From: Candidatus Dojkabacteria bacterium
Lineage (GTDB): Bacteria; Patescibacteriota; Dojkabacteria; SC72; JAFGCJ01
Length of the DNA stretch: 64,000 nucleotides
Reading direction: 5' to 3'
Assembly (NCBI GenBank): GCA_016932785.1
Contig: JAFGCJ010000003.1
Coordinates: 40,971 to 104,970, forward strand
Positions 19,501 through 27,829 of this stretch are shown in pieces (position 1 is the first letter of the stretch; every line of letters begins with the position of its first letter). The notes under the pieces are model-generated. The model was given only the letters and a program-made list of their open reading frames with translations. It searched no databases and was not told where the DNA came from. Both the position numbers and the translations under genes were made by a program.

Positions 19501-22070
19501 GGATCTTCGCTCATAGTATCGGGGTTGTAGTAAGTTCCTACTTGGGTCAATTCGCTCCATGTTCTCTTTACCTTTACAACCTCAACTTTTACACCACCCT
19601 TTGAGCTGAAATCCCAGAGATTAACGGTCCTCAAATTAATAGTATTATCTTCACCCTCTCTTACCGACAGAGACTCCGCCTTCGCAAACAGTGCTGAATC
19701 AGGACCAGCAACCTCTATCCTTTCACTATCATAAGAAGAGAAATCACCCAAGAGACTAATATAGGCCGAATATCTTCCAAAGTTCGCAACACCACTATCG
19801 AAATATACCCTCAATGGATATCTTGCATGACCGTTACTGTCGAGAGTCATAGTAGTATCAACAATCGCCTCATTTCCAGAACCCCAATAGTTGCTAATAT
19901 TCTGATCATAGTCGGACGCGCTATCAAACCAATTCACATCATCAAGAGCGCGACGATCAACAGAAAGTTTCACCTTCAAACCTTGTGCCGGATCTCCAGA
20001 ATAATCCTTACCCCAAATATCAATATTCACAAGCTCTCCGCTTAAAGCCCGAGTCTTATCGAAACTAAGTTCTATCTGATACCGAGGTTTCACATACTCA
20101 GCAACTCTGAATCCGTGATATCCTATTTTTTCTCCATCTATGAGCAACTCTATTGTTTGATAATCGGTCGGTGTATTTGCAGGTAATACAAAAGATCCGG
20201 ATATGGTTCCAAAATCTCTCGAAATATTATAAGACTCTTCATATATGGGACTCTTTTGAAGATCGTTCCAGTAATAATAGCTTGTACCTACACGAACAGT
20301 AACCTCCTTATCACCGGGAAGGGAGTAAGACATATCATCCTCTCTTCTAACAATCGCTTTAAACTTGACCTCATCACCGGGTCTGTAGATGGGTTTATCT
20401 GTATACACATATGACCTAAAAGATTCATTTGCAACTCCCCAAGGACTTATTGCCATCCACCAGTCGTGTATATCATTTGGTCCCACAGCCAGATTTCCCA
20501 GATAGTCGACGATGACAAGATCTATTCCGGACCCTTCGTAATCACCATATCCGTTCCCATCGGTTTGATCAGCCGCTATTGGAGAAATCGATTTATCCAG
20601 ATCATAGAACTCAACCTCGGCCCCGCTTACTGGTTCTTTATCATTTACATCAAATACCCAAGTTCTTTGATTATTCAGACTATCCGAGACTACGGCAGCA
20701 ACCGGTGTATACACGGCATACTTATATATCGACCTTCCATACTGAGAGTTATAAGCTTCAATAAAATAAATACCATAATCGTCGAAATCCACAGTCACCT
20801 GATTTAACTGAGAGGGGCTCCTGTAGAAGGTTGACACCAGAGTAAGCTCCGAATCCGAAGGCTTTTCACTAATATCCCACTGGTAGTCCTTCACCATATT
20901 TATTAGAGCACTTTTGGTTGTTCTATAAACATTAAATTTCGTATTTGTGGTTACATCATCATATAGAACAGTTATTCTAAGGTCTTTACTGACAGAAATA
21001 ATAGGTTTGTGTTCAGACCAACTGATCATCGGGTAATCAATATACTTTCCTGAACTGTCAACACTCGATATCTTAAACTTCGAAACATGGTCTTCGGTTA
21101 ATTCGTCTCCTCTGCTGTTCTTGAAGCCTTTCTTAATCACAACCTCATATATGGTCCCCGGAACCAACCTCTTTGCTGGTCTAAATACAATCTTCTTACC
21201 ATGAAGCTCAAATTTCCCAGAAACTGAAGGATTTATTTCAAAATAGCTCTCAAACTGATCTACATCAAGATCCCTGTAATTAAATTGAACCTCAATTGTA
21301 GTGTCTACGGGTGCAGTAGTAGATCCATCTCGAGGTGTAATACCAACAACGTCAAACCGGGGCTCCGTTTGAAACACCCAGGTCATATCCTTAGCCAACG
21401 AGGAACCATCACTAAACATTGTACCTTTCCTTAGGGTTACCTGATACTCGGTACCCTCAGCAAGATCTCCGCTTGGGACAATTCTCAACTGAGTGTTATT
21501 TTCTTCAAGCTCGACATCATAGTTGAATCTTGGGGTTACGGAAACCTTATTATTAATACCAAGGGACCTAAAGGCCACATCGTCTCTAGTCGATATAAGA
21601 AATTCGTTGTCCTCAATACCAACACCATATTCTGTCTCAACCTGCTTATCCATAACAAGAACTGGTGGTCTCTTTTGAATGTCCCGAAGAATCGGAAGAT
21701 CTCCACCCCTGTACCAAATCAGTGCGAAAGCAAGCAAACCGAAAAAGACAAACACGCTCATCATACCTCCTCCTATAACAGAAATCCTGTAAGACAAAGG
21801 TCTAGCAGCAAAACCGGCAAAAAATCTCTGAAGAAAACTTGGTTTATCCTCTGTTGTCTCTGCAATCTCTCTAGCGAAATCAGAATGTCCCGCAGAATCC
21901 AACCGCTGTGCCAATTTCCCATCAATCTGAGAATCTATAGCTCTGTCCTTATCCTGCCTGGCAGCAGCCTTTTTCGCGGCACGAAACATAGAGAAAAGAT
22001 TCTTAACCAGACGATCTGCTTTTCTCATGCTTGTTTTTTTCTGTTTCTTCTCCGATTTCTTCTTTGCCAT
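16599..22070 (-). CDS. alpha-2-macroglobulin-family giant surface protein, N-terminally TM-anchored
   Basis: 1823 aa. About 95 basic cytoplasmic residues precede a TM helix (VIGGGMMSVFVFFGLLAFALIWY). SbsA/Big_5-like Ig domains follow. MG-domain hallmarks are present: VYTDKPIYRPGDEVKFKAIVR and PDQSVYEPGDEVVLDLEVTD. The A2M hallmark LPDNLTTWVACVVGVT and the TED-like NQDDNGGFGWFDYD are also present. Confidence 0.85.
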   Translation of the reverse strand: MAKKKSEKKQKKTSMRKADRLVKNLFSMFRAAKKAAARQDKDRAIDSQIDGKLAQRLDSAGHSDFAREIAETTEDKPSFLQRFFAGFAARPLSYRISVIGGGMMSVFVFFGLLAFALIWYRGGDLPILRDIQKRPPVLVMDKQVETEYGVGIEDNEFLISTRDDVAFRSLGINNKVSVTPRFNYDVELEENNTQLRIVPSGDLAEGTEYQVTLRKGTMFSDGSSLAKDMTWVFQTEPRFDVVGITPRDGSTTAPVDTTIEVQFNYRDLDVDQFESYFEINPSVSGKFELHGKKIVFRPAKRLVPGTIYEVVIKKGFKNSRGDELTEDHVSKFKISSVDSSGKYIDYPMISWSEHKPIISVSKDLRITVLYDDVTTNTKFNVYRTTKSALINMVKDYQWDISEKPSDSELTLVSTFYRSPSQLNQVTVDFDDYGIYFIEAYNSQYGRSIYKYAVYTPVAAVVSDSLNNQRTWVFDVNDKEPVSGAEVEFYDLDKSISPIAADQTDGNGYGDYEGSGIDLVIVDYLGNLAVGPNDIHDWWMAISPWGVANESFRSYVYTDKPIYRPGDEVKFKAIVRREDDMSYSLPGDKEVTVRVGTSYYYWNDLQKSPIYEESYNISRDFGTISGSFVLPANTPTDYQTIELLIDGEKIGYHGFRVAEYVKPRYQIELSFDKTRALSGELVNIDIWGKDYSGDPAQGLKVKLSVDRRALDDVNWFDSASDYDQNISNYWGSGNEAIVDTTMTLDSNGHARYPLRVYFDSGVANFGRYSAYISLLGDFSSYDSERIEVAGPDSALFAKAESLSVREGEDNTINLRTVNLWDFSSKGGVKVEVVKVKRTWSELTQVGTYYNPDTMSEDPMYEIVKREETVMEDHELTTDSSGNASFALTDLGYGSYDMMLKYYDENGYTRVFSGVFYVFEESDDGKFYDWDSEYQKIRLYFDKDEYNVGDKAEINIQSTLEGKGIFMISRGDVYDWKIVDFSTGLVSIQEEITDSMAPTMNVCVWGVDEYIQNNGSGSQLLTNILTEDCEVVTVNKDYKKLEIKITPDQSVYEPGDEVVLDLEVTDGRGKGVEAELSVDVIDKALLDLVESTNNYGNPYDIHGSFYEAVNQWAGLYSSMYYYSYTGGGFGAGGSGGDDTRVDFEDIAHWDGKVKTDSSGKAEVKLHLPDNLTTWVACVVGVTTDTLVGSAETEFIARKDVTLDAKVPEFLRSSDVWNMNLEMKNFSSSSIDAKLIVDCDGCEDEKVEKNVSLSAGRRVEQVVKIDPSEGEDEVRIKAALTSSSKTYDIVEWKIPVIGEGLMRGETISDYMTGDENESQLEFELPEGTNEEDALLTISFARSFVNEYALLPVDSSISSSAELASSMIHNSVLYKYYDEIDPSEERGDYQRRIEAAVDLLRSNQDDNGGFGWFDYDAVSYETSAYVGVALGNAIDSGALDPGPMTENLAVYLKSGLEGDEKSVDEKAFAIYALSCMGEEDIIPFAVWFKNNAEGLEDSSLSVAHLMLAFQNFGGVGDAGELIPLLIDSANESDRAATWEDEESDFRVVKSVEYTTAVVYLALHEYNQTELGEKARNWLIDNPVYLSGNSVDSVGIFYSLTIANIDNLSGRKGVNKVSLKVNGKDVKTFDVGGDENSIGKYDVSVDSRFLKEGKNRIEIERSGNGDLYSVATVRYYTTDIDEDNEFEVKRYIRDFYTGASVSKISKGQVVMIRTEVKVDRDGYNLVVHDFIPAGFEPVQYEFGRFDYDFLQKWWRWGSDDYTNRYGDVAQDHVTFEEYKVSDGKIYSFEFPAVATFSGSFSGAGSQGYLLGFEDIGGMTWSGAIEVTD

Positions 22071-22071
22071 G

Positions 22072-22629
22072 TTAAGAATAGAGCTCGTTAAGTTTATCTT
22101 TTATTTTCTTAATACTCCTATACATCGTCATCTTACAGGCACCCTCTTCTTTATCAACTATTTTAGCAATTTCTCTAAACCTCATTCCTTCTTCAAAACG
22201 CAGGGTAAGTATTTCCTGCTCCTCCTCACCTATAGACTCAAGTGCTTTACTAACATACTCCATCTTTTCTTCTTTCATAGCCTCACCAACAAAGTCTTCA
22301 AAGACACGCGTTGCAGAATCAACCTCTTCATCCTCAATTGGCCGTTTTTTCCTGTTCTTAGATTTTCGTAGATGATCTATACTCGCATTTCTTGCGACAG
22401 TATAGACCCAGGCACACATCCCTTTCTCATCACGGTTCGATACGTCATCCCATCTTTCGTAGAGCTTCATAAAAACATCGGCCGTTAAGTCCTCGGATAG
22501 CTCAGCATTGGAGATTTTTCTATAAACATACCAGTAAATTTTCTGTCGATACTTCATGTAAAACCCCTTGAACCTTTTATTCTTGGCTTCTTCATTGCTT
22601 TGTTTTTCCTCAGACTTATTCTGTGCCAA
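22072..22629 (-). CDS. ECF-type RNA polymerase sigma-70 factor
   Basis: 185 aa as tracked, with a TTG start. An alternative ATG at 22557 has an AAGGGG Shine-Dalgarno 6 nt upstream. Region 2 is SEDLTADVFMKLYERW...CAWVYTVARNASIDHLRK. Region 4 is MRFREIAKIVDKEEGACKMTMYRSIKKI. The stop codon lies 1 nt from the A2M-like start. Confidence 0.85.
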   Translation of the reverse strand: MAQNKSEEKQSNEEAKNKRFKGFYMKYRQKIYWYVYRKISNAELSEDLTADVFMKLYERWDDVSNRDEKGMCAWVYTVARNASIDHLRKSKNRKKRPIEDEEVDSATRVFEDFVGEAMKEEKMEYVSKALESIGEEEQEILTLRFEEGMRFREIAKIVDKEEGACKMTMYRSIKKIKDKLNELYS

Positions 22630-22678
22630 GCGGGTCAGTGCTAAAATAAACGTTTAGTACTGGTATAAGTAACAAGTA

Positions 22679-22873
22679 TTATTCGACAACTATCGCATTT
22701 GAGGGGCAGACGCTGGAAATTTCGTTCAGATCCTTTCCTTCAAGATTGGCATCGTCCTTAACCTTAGCCGATCCATCGGGTGCAAATTCAAAAACGTCAG
22801 GATAGACTGCAGAGCAGGTTCCACATTTAGTACAAAGCTCCTTTTTCACCTTAAGTTTCTTGTTATCACTCAT
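22679..22873 (-). CDS. small single-cluster ferredoxin
   Basis: 64 aa. CTKCGTCSAVYPDVF...VCPSNAI (CxxCxxC...CP). Confidence 0.8.
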   Translation of the reverse strand: MSDNKKLKVKKELCTKCGTCSAVYPDVFEFAPDGSAKVKDDANLEGKDLNEISSVCPSNAIVVE

Positions 22874-22892
22874 TCAATAGGAGTCAAAATTT

Positions 22893-22915
22893 ATAATTGT
22901 GATTTACACAATTAT
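22893..22915. promoter_or_regulatory. perfect 9-bp-arm palindrome upstream of the ferredoxin gene
   Basis: ATAATTGTG-attta-CACAATTAT, 20-42 nt upstream of the ATG at 22873. Confidence 0.35.
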
Positions 22916-22989
22916 TCCCCCTACCTAAAAAATTTGCAAGGATAACTGCATATACGAATAACAAAAACATCCGTAACAATGAATTTCAC

Positions 22990-23577
22990 CTAAATGAGTC
23001 TCTTCTGTTCTGAATTTACAACCTTCTGCATTTTTCCAAGATTCCAATCTATCTCGGCTTCTTTCTCAAAGCCACTCTTATCATAATACTTAATTTTCCC
23101 TGTCTCCTCACCGACCTTCCAAACCTCATAGGTTAAGCGAACATCTTCAAGACAATATTTCTCCAGCTTGTCCTTCTCCCCTTTCGCCCAGTAGTCAGTG
23201 GCATCCAAACCCGAACCAAGCTTTCCCGAACCTACATTTACCCACGCGATATCATTAAGCTTAGGTCTAAAACCTAAGGCCTCTTTCAGAGCAATCATAA
23301 GATCGATAGAAGGAAATGTTCTCGGATCAACAGAAAAATACCTTTTCAAAACACCATAATCAAACAACCAGCTGTTATAACCCACAACAGTTTCAGAACC
23401 TACCATAAGCTCCTCCAGTTTCTCAAGATCTTTTTCCCAAAAACTGTAAAACTGGTCCTTCTCGTTATCATATGCCCCAACAAAGGAAATTTCCATGGCG
23501 TCTACATTGAAGGAATCCCATATACCCGAGGTTTCCGAAGTCTTCGTTTCCACATCAAAAAACAACATATCCTCCAA
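22990..23577 (-). CDS. DEDD-type 3'-5' exonuclease (RNase H-like fold)
   Basis: 195 aa. Exo I FFDVET, Exo II GYNSWLFDYGVL, Exo III YCLEDVRLT. Confidence 0.7.
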   Translation of the reverse strand: MEDMLFFDVETKTSETSGIWDSFNVDAMEISFVGAYDNEKDQFYSFWEKDLEKLEELMVGSETVVGYNSWLFDYGVLKRYFSVDPRTFPSIDLMIALKEALGFRPKLNDIAWVNVGSGKLGSGLDATDYWAKGEKDKLEKYCLEDVRLTYEVWKVGEETGKIKYYDKSGFEKEAEIDWNLGKMQKVVNSEQKRLI

Positions 23578-23590
23578 TGCCTAACTTATT

Positions 23591-23790
23591 TCTTCCTTGC
23601 TAACAACTTCTCCGAGGTTCAGATACTATTCTTGCCGAGATTTGGAGCTCCGATCCACTCGAGGAGAGAATAGTACCGAGCCTTTCTTATCTCTTCCTTG
23701 CCATATATATCCGATGCTCATATTCTATTCTCAACGAAATCTAGAGCTTCGCTCTACTTGAGGAGAGAATAGAATATGAGCATCTCTAAC
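23591..23790 (-). repeat. tandem duplication (~101-nt period) of a hairpin-forming element
   Basis: TCTTCCTTGC recurs at 23591 and 23692. Unit B has a perfect 20-bp stem (23713..23732 pairs with 23765..23784). Unit A has a 9-bp stem (23624..23632 pairs with 23667..23675). The loop sequences are alignable and end in GAGGAGAGAATAG. Confidence 0.7.
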
Positions 23791-24181
23791 AAAAGTCACA
23801 CGGTTCATCATCACCATCCTCAATAGCCCGTTTCACAGCTTCAAGCGAGAGTGTAGCACATTTAACTCTTGGAGAATTTTTCTCTATCCCCATAAGGCTG
23901 AGGGAAAATGAACCATCAAGCTTCTTTACCTTGTCGATTGACATCCCAATGATTTGTTCACTTAACATAGATGCTCCAGCAAGACTTATTGCACAACCAG
24001 AACCTTGGAACCCGACATCTTGAATCACATTGTTTTTCACCTTCAGATAAACCGTTACCTCATCCCCACACACAGAATTGTTTATATGACGCTTGTAATC
24101 TGCATGTTTAATCTCTTTGAAATTCCGCGGATTCTTGTAGTGATCAATTATTTTACTTTTATATAGCGAACGGTTTGACAC
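23786..24181 (-). CDS. sufU: SufU/IscU-type Fe-S cluster scaffold (NifU N-terminal family)
   Basis: 131 aa. YKNPRNFKEI, SVCGDEVTVYLKV, GSGCAISLAGASML and a third Cys in PRVKCATLSLEAV. Confidence 0.85.
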   Translation of the reverse strand: MSNRSLYKSKIIDHYKNPRNFKEIKHADYKRHINNSVCGDEVTVYLKVKNNVIQDVGFQGSGCAISLAGASMLSEQIIGMSIDKVKKLDGSFSLSLMGIEKNSPRVKCATLSLEAVKRAIEDGDDEPCDFC

Positions 24182-24363
24182 AATATCACAACGAACTTAA
24201 TTTTAATCAAGAAAGATTTTAGTTTATGAGAGCTCTATTATCAACTAATCATCTCAAGGCTCTAGTTCAAAACTAGATTTTCCCAAGAAAATAAAGCAAG
24301 ATCACATCTGAATTTATCCGGGATATGGTATACTTAATTTGAATAATTTCGCACCAAAATCCA

Positions 24364-24969
24364 ATGCCTCACTCTTACACCCAAGTCAAAAACCGCAACA
24401 AAGTAGCCTTAATCTCCATGACCATGATCACATCTGCGCTACTGCTTACAATGACTGGAGTCATCGATATTTTCGGAAACAACATTGATGATAACAAGGA
24501 CTACAATTCAGAAGTCCTCGGGGCAGAAAGCGAGTCACCGGAAAAGACTACAAAGATAACACTCGAAGACAATGGGCAGGGCAATCTTGATATATTTATG
24601 AACTTACCCTATCCTACCAGAATTGCTGGATTTAAGCTTTTTCTTGAGGCTAAAGGATCAGATATCTCGCTAACTGACCTCAAGATCAAGAGCCTTTCCT
24701 GCTCAGAAGATTTCGATTGCTCAGCAAAAGTAACATCCGAGAACATTATCCATGTGTCCGGAGCTATTACTTCAGAAAACACTGAAGAGTACCTCAGAGA
24801 CAAGGTCAAACTTATAACGGTAACCTACGATCCTCTTACAGACGGCAAGCTCGTACTTAATGGTATACGCACAGATAAATCAGAAATTATAGAAGCAGAA
24901 AACGGCACAAATATTTTGGATATGGAACCAATGTTTTACGAAGTTGGGGAGGTATTTATTCCTATTTAG
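24364..24969 (+). CDS. hypothetical N-terminally anchored secreted protein (beta-rich, possibly cohesin-like)
   Basis: 201 aa with a TM/signal helix (VALISMTMITSALLLTMTGVI). No firm motif. Confidence 0.55.
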   Translation: MPHSYTQVKNRNKVALISMTMITSALLLTMTGVIDIFGNNIDDNKDYNSEVLGAESESPEKTTKITLEDNGQGNLDIFMNLPYPTRIAGFKLFLEAKGSDISLTDLKIKSLSCSEDFDCSAKVTSENIIHVSGAITSENTEEYLRDKVKLITVTYDPLTDGKLVLNGIRTDKSEIIEAENGTNILDMEPMFYEVGEVFIPI

Positions 24970-24992
24970 TAAGTTTATTCCTATTTAGTAAG
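24955..24992 (+). repeat. perfect 19-nt tandem duplication across a stop codon
   Basis: TTTATTCCTATTTAGTAAG occurs twice (24955..24973 and 24974..24992). The first copy contains the TAG stop of ORF 24364..24969. Confidence 0.8.
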
Positions 24993-25026
24993 ACTCGGTG
25001 GTCTAAAGGTTAGAGATCCAGACGCC

Positions 25027-26259
25027 TTACTTCAAGAATGTCGACCTGGCATTTTTTAGAGCCTCAACAAATGCATCGATATCTTCCTTTGTATTATAAA
25101 CAGCAAAGCTTATCCTTGCTGTAGCGGGAGTCCCAAGCTTAATGTGCAATGGCATTGCACAATGGTGACCGGCCCGAATAGCGACTGCCTCATCATCAAG
25201 AAGACTCGATAAATCGTGAGGATGAACTCCGTCCACAGTAAAGGAAATCACCCCCATTCTACTAGCTAAATCCTGAGGTCCATAAATCTTCACCCAACCA
25301 AGACCCTGCAGTTTACCCATGGCATAAGATATCAGTTGACGCTCATGCTCAGCTATAGAATCCAGTCCTATTTCTTGAATAAACCTTATTGCTTCGGTAT
25401 AAACAACACCATCAGCAATATTTGGAGTCCCAGCCTCAAACTTCCACGGCAAATCTGCCGGCTCGAATTCCTCATTGGTAACACGTCTTACCATATCACC
25501 CCCCCCCATCCACGGATCCATCTCTTCCATAAGATCACGTCCGGCATACAAGACCCCTATACCGGTAGGTCCGTACATTTTATGAGAGGATAGCGCGAGA
25601 AAGTCGACCCCCATAGCCTCAACATTAATCTTCACTCTCGCAGCACTCTGTGCTGCGTCAAGCATAAACAGAGCACCGATGTCATGCGCCATCTCTGACA
25701 ACTGTTTCACAGGGTTAACCGTACCTAAGACATTCGACACATGGACGATAGATAAAAGTTTCACGCGGCGGCGGTTTTTTGTCAGTATTCTGTAACACTC
25801 GTCCAAGTCAAGTTTTCCATAATTATCCACAGGTATCCGTTCTATTCGAATTCCAAGACTTTTTCCAAGAATCATCCATGGAATAATATTACTATGATGC
25901 TCCATTTCCGATATAACAACTATATCGTTTTTCCTCAGAACCTTCCTTCCCCACGCATTTGCAACCAAATTTATCGACTCTGTAGTATTTCTGGTAAAAA
26001 CAACCTCTTCACGTCCCTTTGCGCCTATGAACTCAGCCGCAACATCATGTGCCCCTTCATACAAATCTGATGCCTCAACACTTAAAGTGTGCAAGCCTCT
26101 GTGAATATTGGAATTATGCCGAGAATAAAAAACCTTCAGTGCATCGATAACCCGATCAGGCTTCTGTGTAGTAGCGGCATTATCAAGATAGACAAGGCGT
26201 TTTCCGTTTACCTTTCTTTTCAATATCGGAAACTGACTGTTAATTTTTGTCTGGTCCAT
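25027..26259 (-). CDS. sufS: cysteine desulfurase SufS (class V aminotransferase)
   Basis: 410 aa. YLDNAATTQKP, SSHKMYGPTGIGVLY (PLP Lys), RAGHHCAMPL (catalytic Cys). Confidence 0.92.
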   Translation of the reverse strand: MDQTKINSQFPILKRKVNGKRLVYLDNAATTQKPDRVIDALKVFYSRHNSNIHRGLHTLSVEASDLYEGAHDVAAEFIGAKGREEVVFTRNTTESINLVANAWGRKVLRKNDIVVISEMEHHSNIIPWMILGKSLGIRIERIPVDNYGKLDLDECYRILTKNRRRVKLLSIVHVSNVLGTVNPVKQLSEMAHDIGALFMLDAAQSAARVKINVEAMGVDFLALSSHKMYGPTGIGVLYAGRDLMEEMDPWMGGGDMVRRVTNEEFEPADLPWKFEAGTPNIADGVVYTEAIRFIQEIGLDSIAEHERQLISYAMGKLQGLGWVKIYGPQDLASRMGVISFTVDGVHPHDLSSLLDDEAVAIRAGHHCAMPLHIKLGTPATARISFAVYNTKEDIDAFVEALKNARSTFLK

Positions 26260-26360
26260 AACGAGATTTTATCATAACTATTACTTACAGAAGTAACCAC
26301 ACAATCCCAGCTGGTTATGCTTCAATATTCAGTAGTATAATCAACCTGTCATTCAAAATC

Positions 26361-27806
26361 ATGAAAATACTCTACATATTATCATTTGAAGAAAACTCAG
26401 GCGGCGGCGAAGGCCAGATATCATATGAACTTGCTGAGAACATGGCCAAGAGACAGCAGGTTTCAATCATCTCACCCGGAAAAACTAATAAGATCCAAGA
26501 GGCCTCCACGGGATACACAAAATGTACGGTGAAGAGCACCATGGGACCAGATTCTTTCTATTACATCCCCGTCTTCAGCAAGCATAATTTAGACTTCATT
26601 CTTGAATTTATCGACAATTTTTCACCAGACATCATCCACTCACAAACCCCGGTCGGTATCGGCCTAGTAGCTCAAATCTGGGCGATAAACAACAATATTC
26701 CCTTTATTTATACCGCACACATACTTCCAACAAAGGCTTTATCTTTTGGAATACCCCTAGATACCAAACGTTTCGAATTTGTATACGACATGTTCAACAA
26801 ATGGGTCACGGACAAGTATTTAGAGAACTTCTACAGACACTGCACAAATGTAATTGCTCTCAATCAGACCGCTCTACACGATATTCAGGAGTTTGGCTAC
26901 ACTGGAGAGACGGCCATCATTCCTAACGGTAGAAATCTTGACCTCTACGATGGATGCAGGATCTCCGATATGGCAGCCAAAGAAAAACAACTGGTTTTTA
27001 TTGGAAACCTAAACGTAAGAAAAAACCAAGCCTACTTAATTGAAGTTACAAACCTGTTACCAAAGAACTACAAACTCCATTTGGTAGGAAAACCTTACAC
27101 AAAAGCATTCGAGAAAAAACTTCAGACTTTCGTAGATGATGACCACAAGGAAAACGTAATATTCCACGGCGGAGTTAAGCACGAGCAGATCCCGGGTATA
27201 CTTGAGCAATCCCACCTCTTCGTCTCAGCGTCAAAAACAGAAGTCCAAAGTCTTGTAATAATCGAGTCCCTCGCCTCCGGCACGCCCATAGTTGGTCTTT
27301 CAAACGAAACGGTTGATGAATTCGTAGACGAAAACGTCGGATTCAGATTTCCAAAAGACGCCTCCCCGAAAGAATTCGCCCAAAAAATTGAGGAAATATG
27401 CAATTTGGATCAGGAGAGCTACAACCGATTATGCGCAACTGCAAAAGAAAGAGTCCAGCACTTAGATTGGCCTAATGTAATAGACCAAATCGAAAATCTA
27501 TACTTCAAATACCTTGGAAAAACCGTCCCCTATGATCAAAAAGATGCCCAGAGCTTCACAGAAGGCCTGATCAACTTAATTCCCTCCAAGAGAATACAGG
27601 AGAACCTCAAAAAAAGTCTCGAGGATTTAGGAATTGCAAGCACCTCCAAAAAAGAAATTGGTATATCAAAGGCCATGCAAAAGGTCCCACAAAACACAAA
27701 ACACATGCTCCTTATAACCGCACTTATTTCCCTGGTGATTTTTGGGGCGTGGAAACTCACAACTATCGGAAAAAATAAGAAAACCAGCAGAGCCTCAAAT
27801 AAATAA
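26361..27806 (+). CDS. GT4-family (Glycos_transf_1) glycosyltransferase with C-terminal TM helix
   Basis: 481 aa. E-x7-E region FVSASKTEVQSLVIIESLASGTPIVG. C-terminal helix MLLITALISLVIFGAWKL. Confidence 0.75.
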   Translation: MKILYILSFEENSGGGEGQISYELAENMAKRQQVSIISPGKTNKIQEASTGYTKCTVKSTMGPDSFYYIPVFSKHNLDFILEFIDNFSPDIIHSQTPVGIGLVAQIWAINNNIPFIYTAHILPTKALSFGIPLDTKRFEFVYDMFNKWVTDKYLENFYRHCTNVIALNQTALHDIQEFGYTGETAIIPNGRNLDLYDGCRISDMAAKEKQLVFIGNLNVRKNQAYLIEVTNLLPKNYKLHLVGKPYTKAFEKKLQTFVDDDHKENVIFHGGVKHEQIPGILEQSHLFVSASKTEVQSLVIIESLASGTPIVGLSNETVDEFVDENVGFRFPKDASPKEFAQKIEEICNLDQESYNRLCATAKERVQHLDWPNVIDQIENLYFKYLGKTVPYDQKDAQSFTEGLINLIPSKRIQENLKKSLEDLGIASTSKKEIGISKAMQKVPQNTKHMLLITALISLVIFGAWKLTTIGKNKKTSRASNK

Positions 27807-27829
27807 CCTCTACCCTGCTCACCCCAAAA

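Noticed and set aside
23591-23790. Repeat region considered as a mini CRISPR array.
   Set aside because: It has only two units of about 100 nt, the units are themselves long hairpins with related 'spacer' parts, and there are no cas genes. This does not fit CRISPR repeat-spacer architecture.
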